Below are positions 24,252 through 37,704 of a stretch of DNA of 59,438 bases, in pieces. The notes below the pieces were generated by a model. That model saw only the letters and a list, made by a program, of their open reading frames with translations, was not told where the DNA came from and ran no database searches. The translations under genes were made by a program, and so were the position numbers. This DNA is from Reclinomonas americana ATCC 50394 (Eukaryota), in contig PS015470.1 of assembly GCA_048213135.1 (NCBI GenBank), positions 19,182 through 78,619 on the forward strand. The letters are read 5' to 3'. Positions within the stretch are counted from its first letter, which is position 1. Each line of letters opens with the position of its first letter.

Positions 24252-27200
24252 ATGAGCGACACAATCAAGATCTATGGACGTGTGCGACCGGTGAAACGGC
24301 CGAGTGAGAGCTATCACATTGAGCACGATGAGTTGGCCGGCAAGGACTTTGTCGGTGAGCAACACCCCCTTGCTACTCACTCACTCTCTCTCTCTCTCTC
24401 TCTATTACACTCACTCCCTTGTGCTCTCTCACACACGCAGAGTTCTCGATCGCACGCGACGCACAAGCCGGCTACGTCAACAACTCACGAGAGAACTACA
24501 AGTTTGAGTTCAACCGCGTGTTCGACCGCGACACCCTCCAAGACGAGGTGTTTGATGTGGTGGCGCGCCCGAGTGTGGTCAGTGCACTGGATGGGTACAA
24601 CTCGACGATTTTCGCATACGGACAGACCGGCAGCGGTAAGACGTACACCATGACGGGCAGCACCAAGCGCTACGAGGATCGTGGCATCATTCCGCGAGTG
24701 ATCTCCATGATCTTTGGTGAGCTGCAGAAGGTTTGTATGCGCGAGTCCGTGTGTCTCTCTTGCGGAAGGGTGGCCACAATGAGACTGAGGAGTGCGGTGC
24801 GCGCAGCGATCGGACTATGTCTACACGATTCACATCTCGTATCTGGAGATCTACAACGAGTGCGGCTACGATCTGTTGCATGGCGATGATATCACGGAGA
24901 TGGACGATTTGCCGTTGCGTCTATCGTGTGATCAGCTGTGCTACGGTTGACGCTCAATCATCGCGACCATCATCGCAGCAAGGTGCAACCGCGTGAAGAT
25001 GCCGACGGCAACATGCATCTGCACAACCTGAGTGCTCGACTCGCCACTCGCGAGGAGGACGCGCTCAATCTGCTGTTCCTCGGCGATCTCAATCGTGCCG
25101 TGAGGTGTGCGATCGCACGCTTGTGTACCCTCCCTCCGGCGATTCTCCACGCTCACATGTCGTGTTTGTACGCTCACAGCGAGACACCGATGAACGAAGC
25201 CTCGTCGCGTTCGCACTGCATCTTTACGGTGATGATCGAGGCGCGTGCGGAGGGTTCGGCCATGGTGCGTCGCTCCAAGTTGCACCTGGTCGATCTGGCC
25301 GGTTCCGAGCGCGTGTACAAGACTGGTGTCAACGGAACCACGCTGCGCGAGGCCAAGGCCATCAACCTGTCGCTCCACTTTCTCCAGCAAGTGATTGTGG
25401 CACTGACAGAAGGGTGCGCGATGGAGGAGAGGAGAAGTCAAGACTCGCCGTCGTCGTTGATCATCTCACTCCTCCATTGTTTCTCCTGCCACAGCCAGTC
25501 ACACATTCCGTACCGCAACAGTCTCATGACGAGTTTGCTGCGTGACAGTCTCGGCGGCAACTGCCGCACGGCCATGATTGCCACGATGAACCCATCGGAC
25601 GAGCACTTTAACGTGAGCAGAAGCGCGATCTGTGGTGCTGTCGCTTGGTGTTCATGTCGACTGCCGTTTACAGGAGAGCATCTCGACATGTCAGTTCGCC
25701 GCACGTGTGGCGTGCATTCGACAGGCAGCTCTCGTCAACGAGGAGCTTGATCCCACTGTGGTCATCCGGCGTCTCAAGCGCGAGATTCAGGAACTGAAAG
25801 AGGAGCTCGTGTTTTATCGAGGCGAAGGCTCCTCCGAGCCGCTAACAGAGTCGGAGATGCGCAGGTGTGTCAGCGTGCTGTCTATTGAGGCGACGTAGTT
25901 GTGTCTCACTGGCGAATCGCAGAGCACGAGAGACAGTGGAATCGTACGTAACAGACCCGTCACCAGACTCCTCCCTCCCCATGGGTAATCCGGAGAAGAT
26001 CAAGGCCTTTTATGGCATCATGAAGGTCTGGTGGTGCATGCGACTGTGAGTGAGCGAGTATGGACACAAGAGAGCCCATCCATTTGTGCACAGGAATTGA
26101 TTCTGGAGGCCCGAAAGAATGCGTCGTCAGCGCCGCGTGCGGCCCCAGTCGCCGCGGCCAAGATGGTCGACTCGACTCCGCCACCGTCAGCGGCTGTTTC
26201 GTGCACCGCACGTGTGCTGTGCGAATTCAAGTGTCATGTCCCCCTCACTGTTGTTCTTGTGCGCCGCAGCCCAAGGCAGCAGCGTCTGCGTCAGCGCCGC
26301 CGGCAGCCGTCTCAGCCGCAGCTGAGGAACAGATCAATGGCCTCATGCTGCAGATTGAGGAGCGCGACTATGAAATCAGTGAGTGCTGGCGCTTGCGCTT
26401 GCGGAGGTGGCTGTGCAGCAAGATACTGACTTGCTTGACCCCGCAGACATGTTGCTGTCGTTCCTGAAGAAGCAGAAAAAATCCGGGTCCATGGTGTCGG
26501 CTGGCACACAAACGGGCCCCGAGTCGTCGTCGAGTGCCGGCGAAGTGCTGCGTGAGCGATTCTCGGACCCCACTGGCGTGCCCAACATTACCGACCGCGA
26601 CACACTGCGACAGGCGGTGCTGGCAGGTGCACCACCGCGATCACATCATGCGCGTGCCGCTCCACCGGCGGCCGTGCAGCAAATGGCCGACACAGGTTGG
26701 TGTGCATTGCACGCATCCGAGTCTGTAAGAGTGCTCACGCCAGTCGCTGCTGTGCAGACTTGCTGAGCGATCGCAACAAGGCATTCGAGGTGTTCCGCAA
26801 GAGCTACAGGAAGAACGAGGTGTTTGAGGAGCAAAAGGCCTCACTCAAGAACAAGTACGACGAGGCCAAGGTGACACACGATGCGGTGAACCTTGCGCGC
26901 AAGAACATGGGTGTGTGTGTGTCTTTTATATGCAAGGAGTTGGTTTTGCTGTGACACTCACTGATGGACACACAGATGCATTGAAGGCCCGCATCGAAGC
27001 GCTGCGTGCCGAAAAGGCATTACAGGGCCTGCTGGACAAGTCGGGATCTGTGAGCGAGACTCGCGATCCAGAAGAACTGCAGTGCTTGCGACAGATTTCA
27101 GAGGAGAAGAGAATGTTGCGTGCACGTCTTTCGATGTCTGTCAGTCTCGAGTTGAGTGGATGCTCACGGCGTCGTGCGTGCATGCAGATACAAGGAGAAC

Positions 27201-27966
27201 TTTGAGCGGCTGCGCATGCTGAAGCAGGAGATTCAGAACATTCACGTGCTGCTCGAACGAAGGTGTGTGTGCGTTCCTCGCGTAGGTTCTCTTGTCCCCG
27301 ACTCGCTCATTTACCATGCAACGTAGTCGGGAAACGCTGCAGCGCGACTTTGAGCACTGGCTCTCCATCACCATGCAGCAGGGCTCCGTGGGGGCTGCCT
27401 CTTCGGTGGGCGCCAGTGGCAGCAGTGGGGCATCTGCGCCGGTGAGTCTTGCCAGCAGAAAGAGAATGTGGGAGAGAGATGTTTCGTTGACTCTCGCGAT
27501 CGCAGGCGCGACCGGCGTGGAGCGACGGTGCTTCGATGCAGACCGTCGACTCGTCGTTCTCCTTTGGTACGAGCTCCACCATACCGCAGTCCATGTCGTC
27601 GGCACTACATCAGGTGCGCATGTGTGTGTTTATCGGCATCTGCTCTCATGGTCGTGCTTACCAACTGCGATCAGAGTTCTGTGAACGCGGGTGTCGATCG
27701 ACGAGGAAGTGGCAGTGGCAGCGTCGGAAGCAGCAGCGCCAGTGGAATGCCCCCACCTGCAGCACCCGCCCGACCCATGCCTGGTGGCACACCGCCACTG
27801 ACTGGCGACGCCGAGGCCGACGCAGGCAAGTAACCTCCCCAGTTGACTTCAACCTTTATATCGTTTCCTCATTCGCCTGTCGCTGTATCACGCAGAGATT
27901 ATGCGCTTCTACGAGGCCAGTTCCACAGTCCGACGTGCCTCCAGCTCACAGAGTCTGCGAAGGTGA
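24252..27966 (+). CDS. KIF6: Kinesin-9 family motor, KIF6 orthologue, multi-exon
   Basis: MSDTIKIYGRVRP...[59 protein letters not shown] and LRDSLGGNC. The C-terminal LTGDAEADAEIMRFY motif is typical of KIF6. Confidence 0.9.
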
Positions 27967-28053
27967 CGAACGTGAGACGGAAAAATGAAACGCAGTCCTG
28001 TGTCAAGAAGCTCATTCTGTCGTCATTCTGTCGTTGTCAGTCAGTCAGCGAGC

Positions 28054-29207
28054 ATGGTGTGTTGTGCATGCTCTCTCTCTCTCTCTCTCTCTCGCAATCT
28101 CTGTCTCTCTCTCTGCTTCCCTTCCTCACACATGCGAGCACACAGAAATTCCGGATCTGTGGCAACCTCGACGCACCCGACTGGCTGCTGGCCGAGCTGG
28201 CCTACCTCGCCAAGATTGTTGCGCACACACAAGCACACCAAGAAGCGCACAATGAGAGAGAGAGAGAGATGTGTGTGACACGCACTCGCATTCAATCATT
28301 CACTCACTCTTCCCCTCTCACACTCACACAGACATCAGTGCGTTTCAAGCTGGTGGCCACTCAAGTCGTCTCACAACTCGTCGGCAGTGGCATTGATGTT
28401 GCGTCCATACCTCACACACACACACACTCTCTCCCCATTCTCCTCTCTCATGCATGCATTCACACTGTCCAGCATGAGAAAGTGGCCAAGTTGACAGCCG
28501 AGGCGATTCCCGACTCGTCGGATCTGCGCGGAGCTCTCGCCGCACTCACATTCCTCGTGCGCAACGCTGCGCGCTACTCCATCGACGAGGACACACTGAT
28601 CAATGAGCTGCAGCAGCTCGGTCTTCCCAAGGGTGTGTGTGTGTGTGTTTGTTTGCCTCTCGCTTGTGATGTGCTGCTCACGAGTGCGTAGAGCATGCGG
28701 ATGCGCTCAAGCGGCCGTACCGAGACAACCTGGATGCGTTGCGCGCCAAGTTCAGCGAGCAGAGCATCAGATGTTGCGTCTTTTCCGAGTCTTTTTTCCT
28801 CCTTGCTTGTCTGCTGATCAATGCCTTTCTCTCTGCGTGCAGTGCCTACTGTGTCGTCGCTGGAGTGGAAGGTCAACTTTGTGGTGTCGAGCAGCAAGAG
28901 CGGGGTGCGTCCGTGTGTGCTTCCTTGTGTGTCGAACGGGCGGCTGCTGACTGTCAGATACAGAGCGCACATGAACCGTACGTGGAGCTGCTGATGGGTG
29001 TGCGCTCGGAGGAGGCACAGACGCGCAACAAGCGACCGGAGATGGTGCACTTTTCGGCCGCACGCGACAAGTTCGACGTGCTGCTCACTGGTGAGACACT
29101 CACGACAAAATGAGCTTGCTGGAAAAGAACGACTCACCCGATTGATTGCTGCAGAACTGAGCGATGCGTATCGTTTGCTGGAGTCTCTGGAGCGCGAGCT
29201 GCGATAA
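28054..29207 (+). CDS. COMMD4: COMM domain-containing protein 4
   Basis: M|KFRICGNLDAPDWLLAELAYLAKI|TSVRFKL...ELQQLGLPK|EHADAL...LEWKVNFVVSS...KFDVLLT|ELSDA matches the COMMD4 pattern. Confidence 0.93.
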
Positions 29208-29351
29208 CTGCTACGTCCTTGTGCCGCACGCTGGTTCTGGTGGAGGTGGCATGGTGGACTTCTCAGTGAATTGATATTCCGGTGCAACGAAGGGAAATCA
29301 TCGCGTCCTCTCTCGCTTGTTGAGCAGAGAGAGGGAGAGACAAAGCTGACC

Positions 29352-32300
29352 ATGGTTGTCTCTCGTCTCGGTGTGGCATTCACTCTCCGCCTCCTATGTG
29401 TGTGAGATGCATATTCTCTCTCGTGATTCACACACAATCGCACACACAGTCCTCGCCTTTCTGCGCAAGTACCTCGTCATCTTCATCCGCGGCTTCCACC
29501 GCCGCCAGTTCAAGTTCTCGCTTCTCAAAGGCCAAAGCACCCTGCGCAATGTTGGTGTGTGAGAGAGAGAGAGAGAGAGTGGAGAGTGCATTCTGTATTC
29601 TCGACATGGAGTGCTGATAATGATGTTCGCAGAACTCAACTGTGTGGTGCTCACTGACCTGCTTCGGCGGGCGGGCATTGGTCAGCTGGATGTTCGCCGT
29701 GCCTTTGTCAGCCAGTGCCTCATCGATGTTGAGTGTGTTCTGCATGCAGCAGTTGGTCATTCTCTTTCTCACTCGCATCGCACTCTCTCCTCCTGTGCAT
29801 GATCATGGCAGATCTCCATCACCAAGTTGAAGAAGAAGCCAGTGGAGATTCACCTGGAGCGAGTGGTGGTGGAGATTGAGGAGCGCGACGACTGGGAACC
29901 GTATCAGCATATTCTCGAAACACTGCTCAAACAGTATGTCGTTGAATCAGCTGCTCCCGCCCTCGTCCTCCTGCTGCTGTTTCCTCACTGGAGTATGCTT
30001 TCTGCTGCCATTGTTGGTGTTGTGAACACAAGAACGAGAGAGCCGGAGGAGGAGCAAAAGGAGTACACGCTGTCGGATCGACTGGCCGATGGCGCCACGA
30101 TCACGGTGCAGCATCTGACGGTGTTACTCCGCTTCGGCTCGGCCAAGAGTGTGCTGCGGCCGCTGCCGTTGCGCATCGATGTGCGCGGTGTGCGTGTCAC
30201 CACTGTGAACTCGTTGTGGGAGGTGCGTGTGCGGATGTACAGCTCGGGCGAAGTGTGTGAAGAGATGCTCATGATTCTCGGCGGTAGGCGGCTCCTCTCA
30301 GCGACTGCATTCCGGCGGCGGCCGGCAAGAATTCCTTGTACATGTTCCGGTCGGTGGAGATCGAGAGTCTGTCGGTGGCGCTGGTTCAAGGCAATGGCGA
30401 ACAGCTGTCACTGATTCGCGACATGCCACTCAGCATCCGAGTGCGTTCTGTCGTCGAGCACGACCGAGACTCGCGCAGTTGTTGATTTTCTTCGTGCAGT
30501 TGGCGGTCAAGAAGCGACTGAATCCGCTCATGGAGTTGTCGACGCACACCGAGATCCACATTCCGGCGTTGTCGATTGTGGCAGACAGCCAGTCGTTGGT
30601 CGAATGGGTCAGCGCGCTGCAGCATGCCGACAAGTGCATGGACCGATTGCCGCCCACTGGCCTGAGGGAACGCTTTGCCTCCATGTTGCGTGACGTCACA
30701 CACACTGTTTGCGAATGGCGATGCGGGCACCTTAACGTTGGACTTGTACGCCAGTGGAGAAATGGACCCGGATCTGCAGGAGGTCCTGGGCGTGCTGCGA
30801 TCGAGTGACCAGATGGTGGTGCGTACGCACAATCTTCTTAAGGAGGATGATGGTCGATTTCATGGCGGTGCGTGACACAGGCCGACACCGAAGCGGACTT
30901 GGCCACCATCGACGAGGACACGTCGTCCTCTGAGGAGTACACGTACTCGGCGGCTGCGCCCGGCGGATCCACACCCAGCACAATACAGGTGTGCAATCGA
31001 TTATCAAAGAAGGCAAGCTCTCGTTGTCTGACTTGTCGCTCGTGTCATTGCAGTCGCCGCTGCTGGAGCTCAACTTTCGCCCCCTCCAAGTCATGAATGT
31101 TCTCATCGACAAACTCGATGTGTGCATCATGCCCATCAGTGGTTCCCCGAGTCGTATTCGAGTCAGCGCCGCACACATTCGGGTACTGTCGCCGTGCTAC
31201 GTCCCCAGTCAAAAGCATTGGTAAGCTCACCCGCTGCCGCCCACCTGTGCAGATTACCAAGTTTCGCTTTCCTTCGCGACCACCAGAGGAGACCACCACG
31301 CAGATCCAGTTGCCGGTACTGGGCATCTACGATGAGGCCGACGAGTCGAGCCCGTCGCTGTGTATTCTAGCCTGTCTGCCACCCTCGCGTCAGCGTTTCG
31401 TTGCTCGTCGCACGTCCCTTTGAGAGGAGTGTGTGCTGACGACTCCATGGTGCAGGTGCTGCTGCGCGCGATGCACCACCCGCGCAGCCGTTTCCGGTAC
31501 TCGAACACCGACCGCTCCCTTCGTGGATCGCCGCACGACCGTTCACCGGTGCGTTCTCTCTTGTCGGCACGCTTTCTTCCATTATCACGAAGCCGATGGT
31601 GCGACGTTGCGTGCAGATCTGCATGACCAGGGCCTGGTGATTCGCATGGTCAAATCGTACCCACCGCCGGCCAAACCCGCCATCCCAAAACACATGGAAC
31701 TCCGTGTGTACCCGTGCGAGGTTGGGAGTGGCGATCGTAAGTATTATCGCCGAAGCTGACTCACGCCGATGTGTGTGCCTGCAGATTACTCTATCCCTTC
31801 CGTTCCTCTCCAGAGTCATGGTGCTCGTCAAGCAGATTGCGGAGATGCAGGAGCGCTCGCCGTTGCCCGAGTACGAGTTTGAGCGTGATTTCAATCGCAA
31901 TCAGTCCATGCACATTGAGTTGGACAGCATGAGCTTCCGATTGCCTGCCGACGGTGTGTACGATGGCTCGCCAGTGGTGCAACTTGTCGCGGAGAAATGT
32001 TGCGTGCCCACACACGCTCCCGACTCCGTCGCACCACTCTTATCGTGCGGTCCGTCGTTGCAGTGTCTGTGCGCATGCCGAGTGCAGAGTTTGACGTGTT
32101 GCCCATCCACGACCCCATCTTTGGCTTGGATGTGGCGGAAATGCGCGACCTTCGGCACACGATGCAAGCGATTGGTGCCAATCTGTGGAGCATGTTTGAC
32201 ACGAGATATCAGGTGTGTGAACGTGAGAGAGAATGGACAGATGTGAACGCTGTGTGACGCTCCCGCCTACTGCAGGTGACTTGTAACAACCTGTATGTGC

Positions 32301-35198
32301 GGATGAAGGACGAGCATGCGCAAATGTCGCATTTGGTGGAGCCATTCAGGTTGCGACTGCATGCCGCCCTTGTTTCAGATCCGTTGGTACGTGTGGTGCG
32401 CGCTTGCAGCTTCTTTCCTCACGAGTCGTGCAGTCTCATGCGACGCGCCCAGATTCCGCTGTTGTACCGAACCATTGCATCGTTTGAAGCCACACGTATC
32501 GTGGCGGGAGTATCCGAGTGGCAGTTGCGCCCACTTCCGTCTCTCTCTCTCACTCTGCGGCGGCAGAATGCTCACTGCTTGTGTGTGTGGGGGGGAGCGC
32601 AGGTTGGGTCACTTGAAGCGCATATCACAAGCATTCTCCACCGATCTCAAGCCCAAGGATGCGAGTGGTGTTGGTGTTGAGGTCCCTGCTGCACCTGTTG
32701 ATGGTGTGTCTTGGAGAGTCGTCCCTCACTGCGATGCATGCATGCTCATTCACTCGGCGTCGCTCGACAGAGGCAGCCAAAGCGCTTGAGACACTGCAGG
32801 AGGGAGCCATGGCTCTCTACACATTCTTGCTGATTGCGTTTGTGGAAAACATTGTTGTGCGACTGCCGAAACCAATGGTGCTCGGCGATGTGTTGTTGGG
32901 TGGCGCTACGGCGTGCCCGGTGCAACTGATTGTTGAGCGGTGAGTGGTGGCATTCGTCAGCTGCGAGGCAGGCGACTAATGCAGCATTTGCCTGATGTGG
33001 GCAGGAGGACGCCACATACAATCCCCCGCGTTGTGTTCCGCACCACCATCGATGTCGGTGACGGCCAGGTGGCGCAGCAGCGTGACATTGTCTTGTCGGT
33101 GAGAGAACTGTGTGCAATGCTGTCCCTCGATTGCGTGAGTGTGCATCTGTTGACTTGAATCAGATTTTGGAGCCGTCGTCGGGAAGCCTGCAGCAGCCGA
33201 CGCCACCCGACGACACGGTCGACACGGTGACGCTCATGCAGCATTTCTCGAGTGACTTGCGCTCTGCGCTGTTTCGCACCCGCGTCATCCTGCATCGTTT
33301 GATGCACACACTGAATGGCGAACACTCGCGGGTGAGATCGGTGGAGAGTCGCTCGCAATGTTCCCCTCTCACAATAGCACGGCAGCGGCGAGAACAATCG
33401 TCAGAACACCTAATCAACCCTGAAGCCGCCTGCATGGCTGCCGCAATCGATGACGACCTGCGGCAGTTGCAACGTTGCGTTTGATGACAGTGCGATCACA
33501 CAATGGCTTCTGCTCATCACACCTTGCCCACACTCGCGCAGAGGACCCGCAGCAACTGGCTCGCCGGATGATGGCCACACCGCTGTACTGGCGACAAGTC
33601 GTGATCATGGATGGAGTCTTCGAGAAAGAGGGTGAGCGTTGCTGCTTGTGGCCTGCCTGCGGTATCCGCTCTTTTTCACTTTACCACNNNNNNNNNNNNN
33701 NNNNNNNNNNNNNNNNNNNNNNNNNNNNNNNNNNNNNNNNNNNNNNNNNNNNNNNNNNNNNNNNNNNNNNNNNNNNNNNNNNNNNNNNNNNNNNNNNNNN
33801 NNNNNNNNNNNNNNNNNNNNNNNNNNNNNNNNNNNNNNNNNNNNNNNNNNNNNNNNNNNNNNNNNNNNNNNNNNNNNNNNNNNNNNNNNNNNNNNNNNNN
33901 NNNNNNNNNNNNNNNNNNNNNNNNNNNNNNNNNNNNNNNNNNNNNNNNNNNNNNNNNNNNNNNNNNNNNNNNNNNNNNNNNNNNNNNNNNNNNNNNNNNN
34001 NNNNNNNNNNNNNNNNNNNNNNNNNNNNNNNNNNNNNNNNNNNNNNNNNNNNNNNNNNNNNNNNNNNNNNNNNNNNNNNNNNNNNNNNNNNNNNTGCACT
34101 GTTGCCGCACCTCGGACTCGCTCGTGATGTGACCACCATGTCGGTATGTGTTCGTTCATGCCGTGTGCTTCGCGATCGATGCAGGCGGCTGAGATTGCAT
34201 GCGACAGGTGCACGAGGTTCGCGACATTCTCGCCGCCCTGCAGCACATGGACGACGGCATCAACTCCATCTACATGAATGCAATTGGCATTGACCTGGCC
34301 GCTTGTGCGTACGTTTTCGTAGTTTGTCGTCATCTCACCTGCTCATCCCATGATGGCTGCACGCGCCGACAGCATGTGCCTGGCTGCGCGATCCCTCTCT
34401 CGATCGTCTCCTCTGTACGGTGCTGGCCGGCGTCCCCGTGCGTGCCCGCCGTGTGGGCGATCGACGAGCTCACCGTGGCGGTGGCGGCGGTCACAGCCAC
34501 CATCAGTCCATGCCAGCAAAGCGGGTGAGTGTCGGTTGTCATACTCGCTTTGCCGTACTCTGCGCTTCTCAACACAATGGCCCGACAGTTTGCCGACGTC
34601 ACCACGACGGCGGCGGCCACTCCCACCGATACCGATTTTGCGCTGTCGTCCATGTCTGCCAGCGATGTGCTGGCTCATCACGACAGCTCTCCAGAGATGC
34701 GAGTGCGCACTGGGCCCGGACGGTACGCCTCGTTCTCGTCGCGCCTCGCCGCAACAGTTGCGTGATTCGAAACGCGGATGCTGCTCGCCTCTCTGGTCAC
34801 TTGCTGAGCTTGTTGTCTTGCGGGAACAGCCGGTCGACGAGGTCGCACCCGAGGAGGAATCAGATGCCACGCAGCGGAGCACCACTGTGCGCTCGCTCTT
34901 CTCCGACACGACCGCCACCCCGCTTACCGCAGTGTCACGGTACACGGCCGAAGATGTGGAGTTGGCAGCCTTTCATGCGGCACAAGAGCGTTTCGTCTCC
35001 GACATGCATTGCAGCCCGGCGACAACCACGACAGTGTCCACTAATTTCCCTCGAACAGAGAGACGCAATCTCGGCTCCGTGGCCACTCAGCTGATGGAAC
35101 AACTGAAACAGCGTGACAAGACCATCTTGGATCTGAGCGACGAAAACAGACGGCTGCGCGAGGAAGTGGCACATTTGCGCGCCCGCCTCCACTCATAG
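29352..35198 (+). CDS. Bridge-like lipid transfer protein (Chorein_N), BLTP3/UHRF1BP1(L)-like, spans a gap
   Basis: FLRKYLVIFIRGF...FSLLKGQSTLRNV|ELN...ITKLKKKPVEIHLERVVVEIEE, YTLSDRLADGATITV and TVNSLWE. C-terminal coiled coil LSDENRRLREEVAHLRARL. That the two sides of the gap form one gene is inferred. Confidence 0.75.
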
Positions 35199-35538
35199 CA
35201 CACCCCCGGAACTATAGTCACAGNNNNNNNNNNNNNNNNNNNNNNNNNNNNNNNNNNNNNNNNNNNNNNNNNNNNNNNNNNNNNNNNNNNNNNNNNNNNN
35301 NNNNNNNNNNNNNNNNNNNNNNNNNNNNNNNNNNNNNNNNNNNNNNNNNNNNNNNNNNNNNNNNNNNNNNNNNNNNNNNNNNNNNNNNNNNNNNNNNNNN
35401 NNNNNNNNNNNNNNNNNNNNNNNNNNNNNNNNNNNNNNNNNNNNNNNNNNNNNNNNNNNNNNNNNNNTCTCTCTCTCTCTCTTTCTCCTTCCTTCCCTCC
35501 CTCCTGTAACGCTGACTGGTTCTTCCTTCCGTTTGCAG

Positions 35539-37308
35539 GCGTGGCACCAGCAGCCACCGCATGTGCCCGTGTTCGGCAAGGGCAACAATGTGGTGCCGCT
35601 GATTCACATCAACGACTTGTGCCAGATTCTGTACAATGTGGCGGTGAATAAGCCCGAGCGCAGCTACATTCTGGCGGTGGACGACGGCAACTGCACACTG
35701 CGTCAGATTGCCAAGGTAAAGAGAGTCTCTCACACTCCTCTCCTCCCTCGTGCGTGCGTCCGTGCATGCTCATTGCGTTGCGGCAGACCATCTCGACGCA
35801 CCTGACCACCGGCGACGTGGTGCACCTCAACGAAGACGAGTTTGCGCTGTTCCCGAACTTTGAGTTCTTCCTGGTGAACCTGCGTTTCGAGACGGGAGTG
35901 GCCAAGGAGTTCGAGTTTGAGTGGACATCGCAAGAGGGATTTGCGGAGAATGCGGAGAAGATCATGAGCGAGTACCGCAAGGCGCGTACCATTCAGCCAG
36001 TGCGCATTGTGGTGGCGGGTCCACCGGCCGCCGGCAAGAGTCTAGTCAGCGAGCGCATTGCGAAGAACTACAAGCTGCCGCACCTGAAGACCAGCGAGGT
36101 CATTGCCGAGTATGTCGGCCAGAAGCAGTGGCTGGAGGAGCAGGAGGCGAAGATCGCCGCCGAGCAAAAGGCCAAGGAGGAGCGCGAGGCCAAGATTGCC
36201 GAGCTCGGTTTGTTCGCGCACCGGTAGCTGTGCTTAACGGAGGCTAGAGAACAGTTTGCTCATTGACTGGACCATGCAGAGGAAAAGGAGGAACCGGTTC
36301 CCGACGACCTGCGCAACCCGCCCGGCCTTATCACCGAGGACGAGGAGGCGGCGCGACAGGAGAAGATGGATGCCATTCGCGAGGCTCTCGAGGCACTCAA
36401 CGAGCTGAAGGAGGAGGGCAGCGGCCGGTTCGTTTTCAATTTGCACGGAGCCGCACTGCAAATCGTTGTTTTTGTTGTTGTTGCTGACCATTCTCCCCCT
36501 CGCCCAGGTTCACGGACGAGGGTCTGACAAAGATCTTCCGGTGGAAGTTGGGTCAGAAGACATGCCTGAATCAGGGCTTTGTGCTCGACGGATACCCGCG
36601 GACACTGCGACAGGCACGACTGCTGTTCGCTCTTGGTGAGCTCTTTTCTCTTTTCTTCTTTTTCTCCTGTACCCGGTTGCTAACCGGATCCGTGCGACAG
36701 AGGGCGAGGATGGAGACGAGGCCACTGGCCCGCCCGCCGATCCAGAGCGTTTGCCCGAGTTTGTGCTGACCGTCACGGTTTGTGTGTGGTCGCGTGGTGT
36801 TGTGGTCGTTTCCTGGCAAACTCACTCTTGGTTTGGTTACACAGGCGCCATTGGATGTGCTCAAGGGCCGTCTGTTGAGGTTGCCGGAGGCAAACGTTGT
36901 CGGCACGCACAACACCGAGGCCGGCTTCAACCGCCGCTACGAGCACTACCAGCAGAACGCCACCCCCGACAAGACGATGATTACGTACTTTGAGGAGAAC
37001 GAGTGCGTGACGCGTGCAGTCGAGTCCAAGGAGGGCAATGTGGAGGAGATGCTGGCAGCGGTCGTCGACAAGGTGGGCGCCCCGCGTAACTACGGTCTCA
37101 CCCCCGACGAGGTCGCGCGTGTGGAGCAGGAGGAACGACTGCGGCAGGTGTGTTGAGGGTTCCGTCTTCTTGTCGTCCGTCCATGCACAAGCTGACGTGC
37201 TGTGTGTTGCAGCGTGCCGAGGAGCAGAAGCGCGAGGCAGAACGAGCCGCGCTGGGCGACAAGGAGCGCGAAGAGTACCAACGGCGAGAGATGCGTGAGG
37301 CCGAAGAT
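35539..37308 (+). CDS. AK7: Adenylate kinase 7, central/C-terminal part (on a gap-bounded contig)
   Basis: AWHQQPPHVPVFGKGNNVVPLIHINDL, YILAVDD, RIVVAGPPAAGKS, CLNQGFVLDGYPRT and GAPRNYGLTPDE. Confidence 0.88.
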
Positions 37309-37704
37309 GTTGCGCTTTTTTGGTGGGCGAGCTTTTTGTGNNNNNNNNNNNNNNNNNNNNNNNNNNNNNNNNNNNNNNNNNNNNNNNNNNNNNNNNNNNN
37401 NNNNNNNNNNNNNNNNNNNNNNNNNNNNNNNNNNNNNNNNNNNNNNNNNNNNNNNNNNNNNNNNNNNNNNNNNNNNNNNNNNNNNNNNNNNNNNNNNNNN
37501 NNNNNNNNNNNNNNNNNNNNNNNNNNNNNNNNNNNNNNNNNNNNNNNNNNNNNNNNNNNNNNNNNNNNNNNNNNNNNNNNNNNNNNNNNNNNNNNNNNNN
37601 NNNNNNNNNNNNNNNNNNNNNNNNNNNNNNNNNNNNNNNNNNNNNNNNNNNNNNNNNNNNNNNNNNNNNNNNNNNNNNNNNNNGCGAATCATGCGACCAC
37701 GCAC

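Noticed and set aside
28218-28332. Non-canonical TT-starting introns (G|TTGCG) as an alternative reading of the shifted donors
   Set aside because: Shifting both ends loses the AG acceptor and changes conserved residues (PEX4 T, GH27 T, COMMD4 L). The GT-AG reading fits better.
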